Notes under the pieces: model-generated
Seen by the model: the letters and a program-made list of their open reading frames with translations, nothing else
What the model was told of the DNA's origin: nothing
The model's database searches: none
Shown: in pieces, positions 13,801 to 27,474 of the stretch
How positions within the stretch are numbered: position 1 is the stretch's first letter
How the letters are laid out: each line of letters starts with the position of its first letter
Position numbers and translations under genes: made by a program
Origin: Lingula anatina
Taxonomy: Eukaryota > Animalia > Brachiopoda
DNA length: 64,000 bases
Reading direction: 5' to 3'
Assembly (NCBI GenBank): GCA_051362555.1
Contig: CM120642.1
Coordinates: 13,392,001-13,456,000, forward strand

Positions 13801-16800
13801 TCAACTGGCTGAAAGAAACCTCAGGGATGATTTTACATGAATTTTTTCAAACAAGTCATGCATTTTATGGTCACCATGGGTTTTAAACCAAGACTTAATT
13901 TAATTCAAATTTGATTTTGAAAAAAAAAAAAAATATGGGACTAAAATCCAAGGGGACTTTCCAAGATGCTTCTCTTTTTCCTTCAGCATTTTCCATTTAA
14001 ATCAATATAGCATAAATAATTTCTCATAATAGTGATTAATAAACAACCCTTACTGCAGATCTTGAAGTGACTCGAGCATTTCTTCCAATATCCCCCATGT
14101 TTGTCACAACTTGCTGCACAATTTGCTGAAAGTAAGAAGATGGGAAATAGTGCCACGGTTTGCACATAAAATTCTGCTTTAAATACAATTTTTCCGATCA
14201 TTTGGACATGCACTACATTGGAATAGCAAACAAGGCAGCAAAGCTGTCAAATGTACAGACAAAAAACAGGAAATAACTATGCACAAAATAGGCTACTGTC
14301 AATTCTGATGCAAAAATACATTATGTTAAACTGCAAATTCAACATCAAATTTTAATTATCCTCAACAGGTAATACCAATGTAATTAAAATATGTGACAAG
14401 TTTACACTTTGAAAATGTATAACTTCCAGAAAAAGAAATCAATTAGACTGCTTTTCCAACTCAGACTGCATTTTAGTCCTGTATTTCTTTTTTGAAAGTT
14501 TGGCAATCATAAGTAACATGGTTTTCCCATAATGGTCATCATGGCAGCAGCACCCAAAATTGTGTTTTCTTCTATTCTGATGCCATATTACATAATGGTT
14601 AACAGCATAATGACCGTCAATTTTTAATAATAAAATATAAGTATCATGGATTTTCAGAAAATGTGACTAGCATGGGTCTTCAAGCCCGTGGAACTTCAAA
14701 GTCACACCTTGAAAATGCCAATATGTGAAAAATTAAATTTTCACAAAAAAACTGTTTAACTGGCAGTAAGAATTACCAAACAGACTGTATTTCCTACTGA
14801 AGCTGTATTTTAGTCCCATGTTTCTTTCCTGTAAGTTTGAGAACAGTAAATGACATGGTTTTTCTTAAATGGTCATCATGGGAACAGTGCCCAAAATAGT
14901 TTTTTTTTTTTCAAATTTTGATGCAATATTACATAATGTTTAACAGCATAATGACCATCAATTTTAATAATAAAATATTAGTATTATGGATATTCAGAAA
15001 ATATGACTAGCAAAGGTCTTCAGGCCCATGGAACTTCAAAGTCACATCTTGAAAATGCCAAAATGTAAACGAGACAGCACTGTTCTGAAATTTTTTTTTT
15101 CCATTTTTAACAATTTTTAACATAAAACAAAATTAACAGTTTTCTGCCGTTTTTATATGATCAACTAAGAAAATTGATGAGATGGGAAAAATATCAACAG
15201 AGCAGTGTTAAATGTCCAATTTCTTCCATTCTGAGATTCTGAACATAGTGAATGATTGAATCTGACAAACTGCAATGATATGGGTTTATTTCCATTTTTG
15301 AAACTTTATTACACAATACACGATAACAAGTTTACCATCATTTTTACATAATCAACTAATAATGTTGTAAAGATGCAGGAAATGCCAAACAAACACTTTT
15401 ACGTATCTTATTAGTTCAATAATGAAACTGTTTACATGCCTAAGAATTGAATCTGAGGAAATGTGAAAAAACTGCATTTTTTTAAAATAATGGCCTGATT
15501 ATGCTGATTTTTGAACTCAACCTGCGTTTTAGCAGGAATGACCACTCCTGTAAGTTTAATGACAATTGGCCTATCTGTTTTTCTTATATTGTGTTTACAG
15601 TGTTGCATATATGCTGAAAAGTGAAAAAAAAGCATAACTACTAAAATAGTGGCCCGATCCTGCCGATTTTCGAACTTGACCTGCATTTTATGAATATTCA
15701 TCAGCTCTGTAAATATACAGCCAAAAAGTAAAACTTTCTTCCACTTATCGTGTTTACAATGAAAGTGCACAGCCCCGGCGACAGCAACAGTGATGGCAAC
15801 AACGGCGACGACAGACGCAGGTGATGGCAATATGTACAGATACAACTGTACATATTAACTGTACTCAGCGTTTGACACTCGCACTCGCCAATGCGAGTTA
15901 AAATTAAATCTGGCGAGTGAAAATTATGGTGCAAGTCGCCATTTTGGCGATATATGTCAACTTACTGTGTTAAGTTTATCGGCAAAATTTAGACTCAATT
16001 TAAGTCCGACTCGTATGCCAAAATTTACAGGGAAGTTCATGGGATTACCCTTACTGCTAACCTCGTTTTCACTCTCATAATCGTGATTGCTTGAAGTTGG
16101 GGAATTCCGTAATGACGTATTCACAGTCTCGCTGTCGTTTTTGAAAGCATCTAGCCTTCGTTTGCGCGCCGGATTTTGACGAAGTATAGGAAATGCTGTC
16201 TGTTTTCTCTACTTCTATGGTTTCACTTACGTCTTGCGATTTTGCGCAGTTGATGCTTCCGGGAGAAAACGTGATGCACGTGGATCATCACAAGCTGCAT
16301 GGAGAAGTTTTTAAACATTTCAAAACGCTAAGTAGAAGAGACTGAGAGTGAGAGCGTCGCAGAATCGGCTTCAACTTCAAGTGGTAAGTAAACAAAATCA
16401 AAGCAGAAACGAACTAATAGTCTGAGCTCTTTAACCCAACGCATGTTTTTGACGTTTTCTGATTTTTTTTCCTGAGCGGAACAAAAAAAGAAAAAGGGGG
16501 GGGGGGAGGGGGTTAAATGCGTGTGACGTGCAACGTGTGTAGGGTAAGAGAACTTGAATTACATAGCGCACGCTATTACAGTACAGTGCAATACTATACA
16601 AATAATACAAAATAATGAATTTTATTTCAACTCGGATACAATTGAATCTTTTAACAATCTCGTTAGGTTTTCAGCAGTTCACCGACTGCATCTCCGTCAG
16701 TGCGACTTACGGAGTTCACCCTGAATATCACTAGTTCTCTAATAATGATAGTGCTCAATTTAACCTCATTTTAATATTTATTTTGAAACGAGTATTTCTA

Positions 16801-19800
16801 TATATATATATATATTTATTAAGACCCCATATCTGAATGGTCTACTTGTTTGTCCCAATTGTTGATTTTAACGTTGTTAAATGTTTAGCTCTTTATCACA
16901 TGTACCAGTAATTGATTATGTCTGACTCAGTGATTGTGTTGGCAGTCTTTAATAAACTTGACACTTAAAATTTGCAGGTACCAAACCAAAAACACCAAGA
17001 ATTGAAAAAAGGGATGCAGTGACAGTGATGCGGGGTTTGATGACTGTTATAGTGATTCAGATGAAGACAATGAAATGACTGAGAAGGATGTGGAGCAGTT
17101 TTTAAGACAAAATTGATCTTTATACTGACTTTTATCTCTTCATCGGTATCAGGACAAATTCACCCCGGCCGATTCTCCCCAAAGAATATATATTTATGTA
17201 CAAATATATAGTAAAGAGCATGAAGCTTAAATCCTTGCATCTATTGTATGAATATTTCTTGGTGTGATGATGCAACTTAAAGATACAAAATATAAATTTC
17301 ATTAAACAAATTATGTTCACGGAGTACAAGTTCAGAAAATTTTAGAAATATAAGTACAGAAAATTTTATTAAAAATCTAATCAAAGTATCTCTAGATAAA
17401 GTGGGGTAAATAAATATGCATATAGTTTATGTTTAATTTAGGTTAGAATGTGCAAAATCTGTAGACTAAAGAATAAACACAGTTCTAGGTTTAAAAAAGG
17501 TTTTAAATTTTTTTTCTTTATTTGCATATGATAACATCTCCATCATGAGTCATTACCACATGGCCTGCACTTTGAATATTTGGCCAGTAACTTCGTAATA
17601 AAGCTGGCCAAAGTCTGGCTTGTGCATTTTTGGTTTGGCCAGTAACTTTCAGAGCACACTGGCCAAATTGGCCTGTACTATTTCAAACGAAGGTCAAACA
17701 CTGTGTACTGTTTGAGAACAATAAGTGACATGGGTTTTTCTTAAATGGTCATCATGGGAGCAGTGCCCAAAATAGGTTTTTTTCAAATTTTGATGCAATA
17801 TTACATAATGTTTAACAGCATAATGACCATCAATTTTTAATAATAAAATATTAGTATCATGGACAAACAGAAAACGTGACTAACAAAGGTTTTTAGGCCG
17901 ATGGAACTTCAAAGTCACACCTTAAAAATGCCAAAATGTAAACAAGACTGCACTGTTCTGAAATGGGTTTATTTCCATTTTTAACACTTTTTTAACATAA
18001 AACAAAATTAATAGGATACTGCCATTTTTTATATGATCAACTAAGAAAATTGATGAGATGTGAAAAATATCAATAGAACAGTGTTAAATGTCCAATTTCT
18101 TCCTTTCTGAGATTCTGAACATAGTGAATGATTGAATCTGACAAACTGCAATGATATGAGTTTATTTCCATTTTTGACACTTTATTACACAATACACGAT
18201 AACAAGTTTACCATCATTTTTACATAATCAACTAACAATGTTGTAAAGATGAAGGAAATGTCAAACAAACACTTTTACGTATCTTATTAGTTCAATAATG
18301 AGACTGTTAACATGCCTAAGAATTGAATCTGTAGAAATGTGAAACAAGACAGCACTGTTCTGAAATGGTTTTTTCCCATTTTTAACATTTTTTTTACACA
18401 AAACAAAATTAACAGTTTACTGCCATTTTTATAAAATCCACTAAGAAAATTGTTGAGATGGGAAAAATATCAATAGAATAGTGTAAAATGTCCAATTTCT
18501 TCCTTTCTGAGATTCTGAACATACTGAATAATTGAATATGACAAACTGCAATGATATGAGTTTATTTCCATTTTTGACACTTTATTACACAATACACGAT
18601 ACCAAGTTTACCATCATTTTTACATAATCAAATAACAATGTTGTAAAGATGCAGGAAATGTCAAACAAACACTTTTACGTATCTTATTAGTTAAATAATA
18701 AGACTGTTAACATCCCTAAGAACTGAATCTGAGGAAATGTGAAAAAACAACAACTTCTAAAATAATGGCCCGATTATGCTGATTTTCGAACTCAACCTGC
18801 ATTTTAGTAAGATTGACCACTCCTGTGAGTTTAATGACAATTGGCCTAACGGTTTTCCTTAAAATGTGTTTACAGGATTGCATATATGCTGAAAAGTGAA
18901 AAAACAGCATAACTTCTACTATAATTGCCCGATCATGCTGATTTTCGAACTTGACCTGCGTTTTATGAATATTCATCAGCTCTGTAAATATAAAAGCAAA
19001 AAATAAAATAGTGTTCCACTTATCGTGTTTACAAGGAAAGTGCACGGCATCGGCATCGCCATCGGCGACGACGGCGACGACAGACGCAGGTGATGGCAAA
19101 ATGTACAGACACATCTGTGTCTGTACATAAAAAGCCTGAAATAAATGTTGGCATTCAATCTTTGAAAGTAAAAAATTTGCTGAAAACATTAGGTTGTTTA
19201 AACATTTGTTAAAACAGATGTTTATACATAAAAGCATTTGAACAGTTCACTTACGAAAAAAGTCACAGCAAAAAACTTCAGCAATAACAGCTTTACTGAA
19301 ACTTACAAATAAGCTGAGAGGTGATTTTGCTTCACTCTACATCAATGATAATTTTAAAACATCAAAGACCAGCATTTTCAGCTTTATAAATTAAATGGCT
19401 AAATGAATAAGCCTGTTTTATTTACATATTTTCAAGCACAAAATTTCACCCAAAATGTACCACTTTTCATTTAAATTTCCATTCAACAATGTATAAAGAT
19501 GTCACATGCAGCTTTGTTTTGAAAACAGTATAACGAAAGTGTATTAACAAAGAAAGCGTATTAATGTTTGGATTATGTCCAAAATTGAAAAAAAATAAAT
19601 AAATACATAAATAAAAAATACCTGCACTGAATTAGGATCCATGGCATCAGCTGGCAAGGTAAACGACCCCATGACATAGCTGGTGGTGGTGCTGCCATCC
19701 CTAGGGGGCACTGCGGTAGTGGCTGTTGATGACGTTGGCGGGGGTCTGCTGGAAGGCGGGGGCCTGGCAACAACGTGTATCACTTTGCCATCGACATCTG

Positions 19801-21412
19801 AAAATATGAGATTTCATCTGAACAACAGATACTGTGTGAAGTCTTGATCAGATAAAAATGAAAGTTAAATCTCAATTACTTAATCAAAGAAAAATAAAAG
19901 TTAACTCTCAATTACAGAACTTGAAATCATTAGATACTAACACTTTCTGAATCCCATTAGAGTAGGTAACAAAAATAAATATTACAGAGAAAATAATTTC
20001 TTTAAACCACAGCAGAAATACATTTTAAACTTATTATGATACGGGAACAAGCTATCATGAACTTGCTACATTGTGGTACTAAGTAGGGGCATGTAACTGG
20101 CTGTCTGTCTGTCATAAGAACACTTAACCATAATTTATAAATTAAAATGACAGGCATTCAATGCCAAAAAATCCCAACTCACCATTTTCATTCAATTTCT
20201 TTTCATCCTGCAGTACCCTGCCATGGAATATCAACCTCTGCTGTTCTGCAGTGATATTCTGTAAATGAAAATGAGGAAGATGAACAGAGACATCACCAGA
20301 CCGGGCATGGAATACTCAAAACTTGGCACTTTAAACCTTTTGGGAGATTTTGAAAAAATTTAAAATGAAAATGCTAACAAATAAATGAAAAATCTTGATT
20401 TAAGTGTTTATGAAAATAGTGATATATCCCTAAACATATCAAAATATTTTCTGTACAAACATACACAGAATAAAAGTCATGAAAACAGGTAATGACCTGA
20501 CATATCAATCAATATCCCATATACATCCTCAAACTTATACAGTAAAACTTAATTTTGTATTCCACATCTTTTCTTTGAAATATGTCACATCCTAAACATG
20601 TAATTGTTAGACTCAAAAAGAGAATGTTACTAGTATGTTAAAGATCACCCATGATGCTATACTTACAATGGAGTTTGCTATCCTTTCTTTGAACTGCCTT
20701 ACAGTAATCTGCAAAAGGAAACACAGCATGCATATCATTGCAATTGTTTGGGAAAACAGATGCTTCATATAAATTTAACATGTGAAAGACCAGACACAGC
20801 AAAATGAGACAATGAAGGTGAAAACTGAATGGTTCTCTTAAATCTTGCCAAAAAAAAAAAAAAAAAGAGAACTGTTTTTTAAATGGTCTGATTTCTCAGC
20901 TGGATCAGGTGGTGTTCATTTAAATGTTAACTTGGGAAGTCTACTTGCAAAAGCAATTATTAAAAACAAAAGTTAAAATGATCGGTATCTCTTTTCCTTT
21001 TGGAACAATCTTCATCTCATGACAACATTAACATACACAGTGTTCAGGGTGTTACTCATAAAAAGACCTAACATAATTTCGTCTTTGGCATTTCCTCCTT
21101 ATCTTTAATTCAATCACTATCCTCCAACAATTAAACTAAGAGAGCAATTATGCTATGGCACATTTTCGTAAATGAAGTCACTGCAAGTTCTATCAAAAAG
21201 AAAGAGATAAAAGTATGAAAGATCAGGAGATTTTTAGCCTGAATCAGGAGATCAGGAGATGGCCCCCAAATCGGGAGAGTTCTGCTGAGATCAGGAGTGT
21301 TGACAGGTCTGACATGGATATATGCACATCACTAGGCACTGATACTCACATCTTCAGGCACAGTAAACTTCTTGTTTTGTCCATCTAATGTTTTCACAGT
21401 TATTTCCAACAT
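1025..21412 (-). CDS. BAG6: Large proline-rich protein BAG6 (BAT3/Scythe), multi-exon
   Basis: Spliced N-terminal ubiquitin-like domain: [21 protein letters not shown] (21350-21412), [14 protein letters not shown] (20667-20708), [24 protein letters not shown] (20183-20258), [15 protein letters not shown] (~19622-19797). Central Pro/Ser/Thr/Gly-rich exons at 5-13 kb. C-terminal [36 protein letters not shown] (~1441-1548) matches the BAG6 signature with its NLS. Last exon ...[11 protein letters not shown] ends at 1025. The junctions checked are GT-AG. Confidence 0.95.
2279..4326. mobile_element. Non-autonomous Helentron/HINE-like element, copy 1, in a BAG6 intron
   Basis: Starts aaacaaggcagcaaagctgtcaaatgtacagac, as at 14228. 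Contains an internal 161-bp tandem array and a (GAC/GGC)n microsatellite. Ends in the hairpin tatgtacagacac-atct-gtgtctgtacata followed by an A-run. Family assignment is from architecture only. Confidence 0.65.
3570..4227. repeat. Tandem array, ~4 copies of a 161-bp unit
   Basis: Motif gtgacccgatcatgctgattttcgaac recurs at 3634, 3795, 3956 and 4117 (period 161). Confidence 0.9.
4813..4892. repeat. Compound (CT)n(CA)n microsatellite
   Basis: Directly visible dinucleotide runs. Confidence 0.95.
14228..15853. mobile_element. Helentron/HINE-like element, copy 2, in a BAG6 intron
   Basis: Same 5' end and internal blocks as 2279-4326. Ends with acagacgcaggtgatggcaatatgtacagatacaactgtacata. Confidence 0.65.
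15866..17703 (+). mobile_element. hAT-like non-autonomous DNA transposon with 6-bp TSD
   Basis: Termini cagcgtttgac ... gtcaaacactg (11-bp imperfect TIR), flanked by tgtact direct repeats at 15860-15865 and 17704-17709. Subterminal tcgcca/tggcga/tggcca motifs. Possible decayed spliced 5' coding remnant (atggagaagttt... gtaagt) at ~16299-16390. Confidence 0.7.
17710..19134. mobile_element. Helentron/HINE-like element, copy 3 (5'-truncated, internal duplication)
   Basis: Homologous to 2279-4326, with the same terminal hairpin atgtacagacacatctgtgtctgtacata at ~19101-19129. Confidence 0.65.
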
Positions 21413-21999
21413 ATTTGAAACCAAAGTACTGACTTTTGTTATATAAGCAATGCTACCATAGGTTTTTGTCTGGCTGATAAGATGAAAGACACAGCTCTGG
21501 ACTGCCTTTTTCCAGTACTATTTTACCAGGGGCTGAATTATGGCTTGCCTGTTTGGGAAGGTGTACAGCTGAATACTATGACAGGAAATACCTAAAAAAT
21601 ATAAAAGAGAGGAAGGAAATATTATTAATATTCAATTTCAATAATGTGAACAATATTCTACATAAAGCAAACGTATTTGGCATTTTATAACGAGTTCAAT
21701 TAAAATAACTTTCTGTTTAAAAGCTATGGCTGTGTACAGCCATACTGGGGGGGTGGGGGGGGGGGGGGGTGGGGGTGAATAAGCACACATCATCACAAAA
21801 ACACACGGGTCTCTACACTTGATTATGATCACACAGGGACGCGGCAGTCAGTTGTAGATGTACTCAAAAACTATCCATTTGTTAATTTTAAGTTATATAA
21901 GATAGTTAAACCATCCTTATCTTTATAATTTTACAATATATTTCTAATATAAAACCCAAAAGATATTCAATGTGTGCAAAAAAAGTGAAAAAGTGCCAC

Positions 22000-22191
22000 T
22001 TACCAACTTTCACATTTCTCTACAAGCGGAAGTCCTAATTTCATCTACTGCGCATCTCATGTTTTCTCGCAACGAAACGATATTTAGAGTTCAGCGTGTT
22101 GCGTTATTATTTGCAACCAAATTTAGACAAATATTGCAGGATTACAAAGCGTTTTAACTAAGCTGACACACGAGAACGTGGATTTATTAAA
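22000..22191. promoter_or_regulatory. Putative bidirectional promoter BAG6/EDF1
   Basis: A minus-strand splice donor (cttacc, ~21998) of a BAG6 5'UTR exon lies <200 bp from the EDF1 ATG. Contains ETS-like gcggaagt (~22026) and NRF1-like tgcgcat (~22049); CpG is locally enriched. Confidence 0.6.
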
Positions 22192-25100
22192 ATGGCAGAA
22201 GCTGACTGGGATGAAGTTACATATTTGAGGAAGAGAGCACCAAAGGCGGGACAGCTGAAATCGCAGCAGGTCGCGTTATTTTCATTCAGATGATTTATTC
22301 TCGGTTCATCTAGTCATGTGTTGTTATCTTTGTTGAATTTCTTAAGACTTTCAGACCAGAACTTTTTTCATTTGCTAATGGAAATGTATGGCTTCACTCT
22401 GGACACATTTTAATAGTGATTGGTCGTGTTCCCTAGTCAGGATATTTAGGCTTTGGGGTGTAACCGTTTCCTTAATGAGGGGGTCGTTTTGTTTATCAAT
22501 AACAATATTGGGGGTTGAGAGGAAGTGCTCAGAGTGGTTCCTTGTAAGTGAGTCTTGACATTTTGTATTTGTGTATGAGTATGTTAAGACATGAAGTACA
22601 CTCAAAATAATATGTACACGGAGTTACTGAGTACCTTGTCTTTCTTTGTCCGGAATTTGCCAATAAAATATGGCACAAATGCTGAGCTATTGAATGCCCG
22701 ATTTCCTAAGAGAATGTTTTCAGGATTATGCCTGATTTCAGGATTTTCAGTGTTCATTTTGATTCTGTTTTTCATATGGTGTAAATACCACAAGAAACTG
22801 CAAAGTACATTTTCAGGATTTTTATTTTTTACAACTTTCACCCATGAGATTTTGATGTTTATCTGAAAGCTCACATGGGTACAATAAGTTTCACGTATCA
22901 GCACTAATGCTAATAATTGAAACTTCAAGCCGACTAATGGACTGGGTTCATTTTAGATGAAGAAAACCAGGGTATGTCACTAATTATTTTGGGTTTACTT
23001 CTTGTCTTAACATACGGAAAATGTCAAGACTTACCTTCTACTTGGGTTACCTCTGTTTATCCTCCTTGTATAAGACACCATTTTTGCCACGGTAAGCAGT
23101 TTAACAAAATTTAACAGAAGTTTTGTCTGTTCTTTAAATATACCCGTTGTATATATATCCCATAAATTCAGCTAAGACTTTCATTTTACCTTATTTTTAT
23201 AACATTATATAAATGTTTTCCATATGTATCTGTACTAAAATCCTTATCTGTGATACCATTTATAAAATCCTGAGACTTCATATACAACTTTAGATGTAAC
23301 TTATTATTTAATAAATCCTTTATGTTTGAACAGGCTATTAATGCTGCGCAAAGACAAGGACTACAGATAGAAACCTCAAAAAAATGTAAGCACAGTTTTT
23401 GTCGCCTGTTGCCGTGTTTATTGGAGTTGCATTTATGCTGTTTCCAAAATGTGTAAATCTTAGTAGTTGCAATTCATCAAAATTAAAACTTTCACGTTGC
23501 ATTATGGACAAAATCTGGTTCTAACGAATTTATGTTCATTGATTTATGATGTTCAAAAATAATATAAATGAGGTGTCAGAATGTGTGTGTGAAGAGAGTT
23601 TGGGGTGTGGAAGGCTAATAACTTGGACTGGCTTGCATATTAAGTGACATGTACGTGTCCATTCTGAGCAGAATACTGCAGGTCATACAATATTTCTATT
23701 CCAGTCGCTGCTGCTAGCAATAAACAGCATTCAGCTGCTAAAAATACTGCCAAGCTAGACCGTGAGACGGAGGAGCTGCATCATGAAAAGGTGGACCGCT
23801 CCATGGCTCAAGTCATACAGCAAGCCAGGCAGGCTAAGGGCTTGACACAAAAAGATTTAGCAACAGTAAGTTGATTCTTAGAGCAGACCTTTTCTTTATG
23901 TCCCCCCCCCCCCCCCCTCCCCCAACTACCCTGGCTACTGGCCTGAAGATGAAGATTGTGTAAGGGAAATCAATAAATCCAACTTTGTTCACATCAACCA
24001 TTCTCATCCCATACTTTAAACCATGAGTATGTTTTTATGTTGAGTATACAGCTACTAATTCATTTTCTTTAGATGTCCACCATTAACTTTCTACTCTCCA
24101 TTTTCAGAACCTTCTCTACAGCAGTCAGATCTCATTTCTCTTTTTCAGAAAATAAATGAAAAACAACAGGTTGTCAATGAATATGAATCTGGAAAAGCAA
24201 TCCCCAACCAACAAGTGATTAGTAAACTGGAGAGAGCCTTAGGTGAGTTTGTTTGTCGTTTAAGTATTGAATCTTAAAAGCACAAGGTGCTTCCAAATGT
24301 CACATAAGAAAAGTTTAGATTGTTTTAGAAGAGAGATACATGATACATATCTGTGGGCAATTTCATGAAAACAACATACTTTAGATGCATTTCAAGGGCG
24401 GATTTAGGCGGTCTTCTGGGTCTTCCGTTTAAGTTTACATTGACGGGTATCTAATTTTTTCTGTCGGAAGATGGTCAGAAATGGTGGATGGATCAATAAA
24501 GATAATTTGGAAGACTGTCAGAAATACCTCTGGATCCGCCCCTGCATTTCACAAGAAAAAGTTAAGAAAAGTAGCTGTAAGACTAAGTGCATATATCAGA
24601 CAGGAGCTTGTCATGCGGAAATGCGGAATTCCGGGTTTTTTAATTCAATTCTGATGGTTCCTGAGATTCGTCTTGTTTGAAGTTCTTTTGTATTTGTGTA
24701 TGAGTATGTTAAGACATGAAGTTCACTCAAAATAATATGTACACTCAGTTACTGAGTACCTTGTCTTTCTTCGTCCCAAATTTGCCAATAAAATATGGCA
24801 CAAATGCTGAGCTATTGAATGGCCGATTTCCTGAGAGAAAGTTTTCAGGACTATGCCTGATTTCAGGATCTTCAGTCTTCATTTTGATCCTGTTTTTCAT
24901 ATGGTCTAAATACCACAAGAAATTGCAAACCACATTTTCAGGATTTTCATTTCTTTGCAACTTTCACCCATGAGATTTTGATGTTTATCTGAAAGCTCAC
25001 ATGGATACAGTAAAGGTTTCATGTATCAGCACTAATGCTAATAATTAAAACTTCAAGCCGACTAATGGACTGGGTTCATTTTAGATGAAGAAAGTTTATT

Positions 25101-25232
25101 TTGAAACCTAGACTCATGTCTGATATTTGGTTTTTATATGATAAATTATGTTTCCATTGTATTTCAGGAGTTAAGCTGCGAGGGAAAGACATGGGCAAAC
25201 CTCTTCAGCCCCCTGGTGGGAAGAAAAAATGA
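22192..25232 (+). CDS. EDF1: Endothelial differentiation-related factor 1 / multiprotein bridging factor 1
   Basis: Five exons: 22192-22269 [26 protein letters not shown]; 23334-23385 [17 protein letters not shown]; 23705-23865 [27 protein letters not shown]...GLTQKDLAT; 24149-24242 [32 protein letters not shown]; 25168-25232 [20 protein letters not shown]. Confidence 0.96.
22549..23033. mobile_element. MITE in EDF1 intron 1 (~60-bp imperfect TIRs)
   Basis: Left agtcttgacattt...gtatgttaagacatgaagtacactcaaaataat is inverted relative to right attattttgggtttacttcttgtcttaacatac...aaatgtcaagact. Confidence 0.65.
24393..24544. mobile_element. Small hAT-like MITE with 5-bp TSD
   Basis: caagggcggat ... 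atccgcccctg termini, flanked by cattt on both sides. Confidence 0.65.
24686..25093. repeat. Second, truncated copy of the EDF1 intron-1 MITE, in intron 4
   Basis: Highly similar to ~22561-22965; the spurious ORFs 22591-22866 and 24716-24973 are near-identical. Confidence 0.85.
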
Positions 25233-26497
25233 AATAATATGTCTTCTGAAGAGCAGCAAGATGCACTTCCACATGATCTGAACTGGATTGGAAATACACA
25301 AACTAACTGTATCAAACCAAAAAAGTTGCATGTCATGATTATTGTGAAAGGCGATTTAAGCATTTGTATTGCCACATAACATCTGGATACCAATGTGCCT
25401 GTGAACCTGTTTTAACTTTTTTAAAAGAGCAAAAATATAGTACAAAAAACATGATACTGTTGTGGTTTGTTAGGGGGGGTTCAAGAAACGTGAACTATCA
25501 AAGAGAGCAAGTCAATTTAATCTCAGAATTAGTTGTGCATTTTGGTTGCAAGAAAAGCTTATGTTTTGGTAAAATAAGGGACGCACTTTCATATATCTGT
25601 GGAAAGATTGCTCAGACAGAAGGGTTTTATATAAACTGTTAATTTTACACGATTTAATATTTTACTCTTATCAACCTGAACTAATGCATTGAACCAAGTT
25701 ACAGTGGAACATCACACGCTTGCGCTTAAACAGGTGGTCAGTTGTACATTTTATGTATCAATATGTATGCAGAATTTATGTTGGTTGCCAGGGACTCGTT
25801 TATGCTTCTGAAACATTTCGCCTGTTGGGTTTATTCAATGGCAGAAGCCTGTGCTTATTGTGGAAAATTGTCAGTTGTTATTTATTATAATTTTTTTTCT
25901 GAAATAAAGGAATGGAGAACACAGTATTGCTGTAGTGAGAATAGGCTCAACAGTTGGTTGGGATAGGAAATAATAATTGAACACACTCATAAATTATTTT
26001 CACATCTTTCTCGAGTGTTTTTATGTCAAATCAATTTTTTTATTGAAGAGTCTCGTTTGCCTTATTGAAGTTTCTATATGGGTGAATGTAATGTGGGAAA
26101 TTCTACGGAAGGTGAGGCGCCCCACATAAAATGATCTATAAATGTGTAGTTTGTTTGGCAATCCCATAAACGTTTCAGCTTACTGGCCATTCGGACCACC
26201 AGTTTCCTAAAATCTAATTGCGCGAATAAAAACTTAAATGAAACCTTGACATTTCCCCCTATTGCATTAATGTAAGGATTAATAAGACCTAGATTTAGTC
26301 TAAGGTTTTTTTAGGATCAGTTATAATTCAGATAAAAATTATTTGAAATCTAAAGCTCTTTTAAAATTTGAAGATAAATTTAATGGCCATGTCGGACCAT
26401 TATTTCATGCACTCTGAAATATCTATAGCAGCCGACACCAAACAAATTTTACTTGCCGCGGTCGTAGGAACAGTGGTTAACGCCGCAGACGGGGTTG

Positions 26498-26618
26498 GAT
26501 CTGTTTCACAAAATGACTAAAGCCCCCAAAATGGTATAGAAAGAGTACAGACCAAGATTTTGATCAAAAAAGTTTAGAAGGAAAATTTGGGATAAAGTTA
26601 TTTTGTGAAACCGAGCTC
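26498..26618. mobile_element. Short MITE-like inverted-repeat element
   Basis: gatctgtttcacaaaatgact ... agttattttgtgaaaccgagc imperfect terminal inverted repeats. Confidence 0.45.
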
Positions 26619-26964
26619 TGAACCCATTCGTCATATCTAAATTTATACTCCTTTTATCGGTCACTTGAATTCGCCCAGTGTTGTTAGAGACAGACTAATA
26701 CAAAAGCAGACGCCCCCTTAAAAAGTTTATACTCACTCCAAATAGTTGGATCTTTTAACGCGTTTTATATTAAATCATGTTCATGGCGTACCTAACCTTC
26801 CCAAAGACTGATCCCCGACGACAGATTTGCCCTGTTTTTGTGCAAGTATTTTAAATACAAAAAAAAAATGATAACATAGTTGCGCGCGTACGAATTCAAG
26901 TGAAACGTCAATACTATAAATAAGGCTTACACAATAACGCTGTTGAAGCCCGAAACGACCCGAA

Positions 26965-26978
26965 CAGGGCCGTAGCCT

Positions 26979-27013
<35 letters not shown>

Positions 27014-27474
27014 AGGGGGGCAGCTGCCCCCCTGGAAATTGGGGGGCAAAAAAAAAAAAAATAATCGCAAAGGTAAAAAAATAATTGCAAAGTTGGTATC
27101 AATTCTGTGAGAAAAGGCACTCATAGCCACTAGACAATCATTCAACAATCTGTTTACAAAGGTGTACTGTTTTTAGCCAACTCAGTTCATGCCAAAAAGC
27201 TCACCCTCTCCGAGGGAGCTATCCCCCTGGCCAATTGGCGTGTTGTGTTGAAAAAATGACTGTACTTATGGCAAAATGAACCCACAATTTCTGACTTCTG
27301 ATTGACCAATAAATAACAGTTAAAATGCACCAGAATGCAGTATTATACAGTTTTTAAAAATTTTCGACACCGTGGGAGGGGGACACCCTCTCCCACACCC
27401 TCCCCCCTCGGGGGCTTTGCTCCCTACTGTCCACTTACTGCCCCCCCTGGCATGTTGCTCAGGCTACGGCACTG
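26965..27474. mobile_element. hAT-like MITE with 5-bp TSD upstream of the fucosyltransferase
   Basis: cagggccgtagcct ... aggctacggcactg TIRs; ccgaa duplicated at 26960-26964 and 27475-27479; internal G and C runs. Confidence 0.75.

Noticed and set aside
15432-19237. Paralogous 137-aa and 173-aa minus-strand ORFs as a gene pair
   Set aside because: Both lie in copies of the same non-coding repeat; frames are not preserved in copy 1 and no domain is recognisable.
22591-24973. Duplicated hydrophobic ORFs (MKYTQNNMY / MKFTQNNMY)
   Set aside because: They fall within MITE copies in EDF1 introns; AT-rich spurious ORFs.
26914-27148. Poly-Pro ORFs
   Set aside because: They derive from a homopolymer G run in a MITE.
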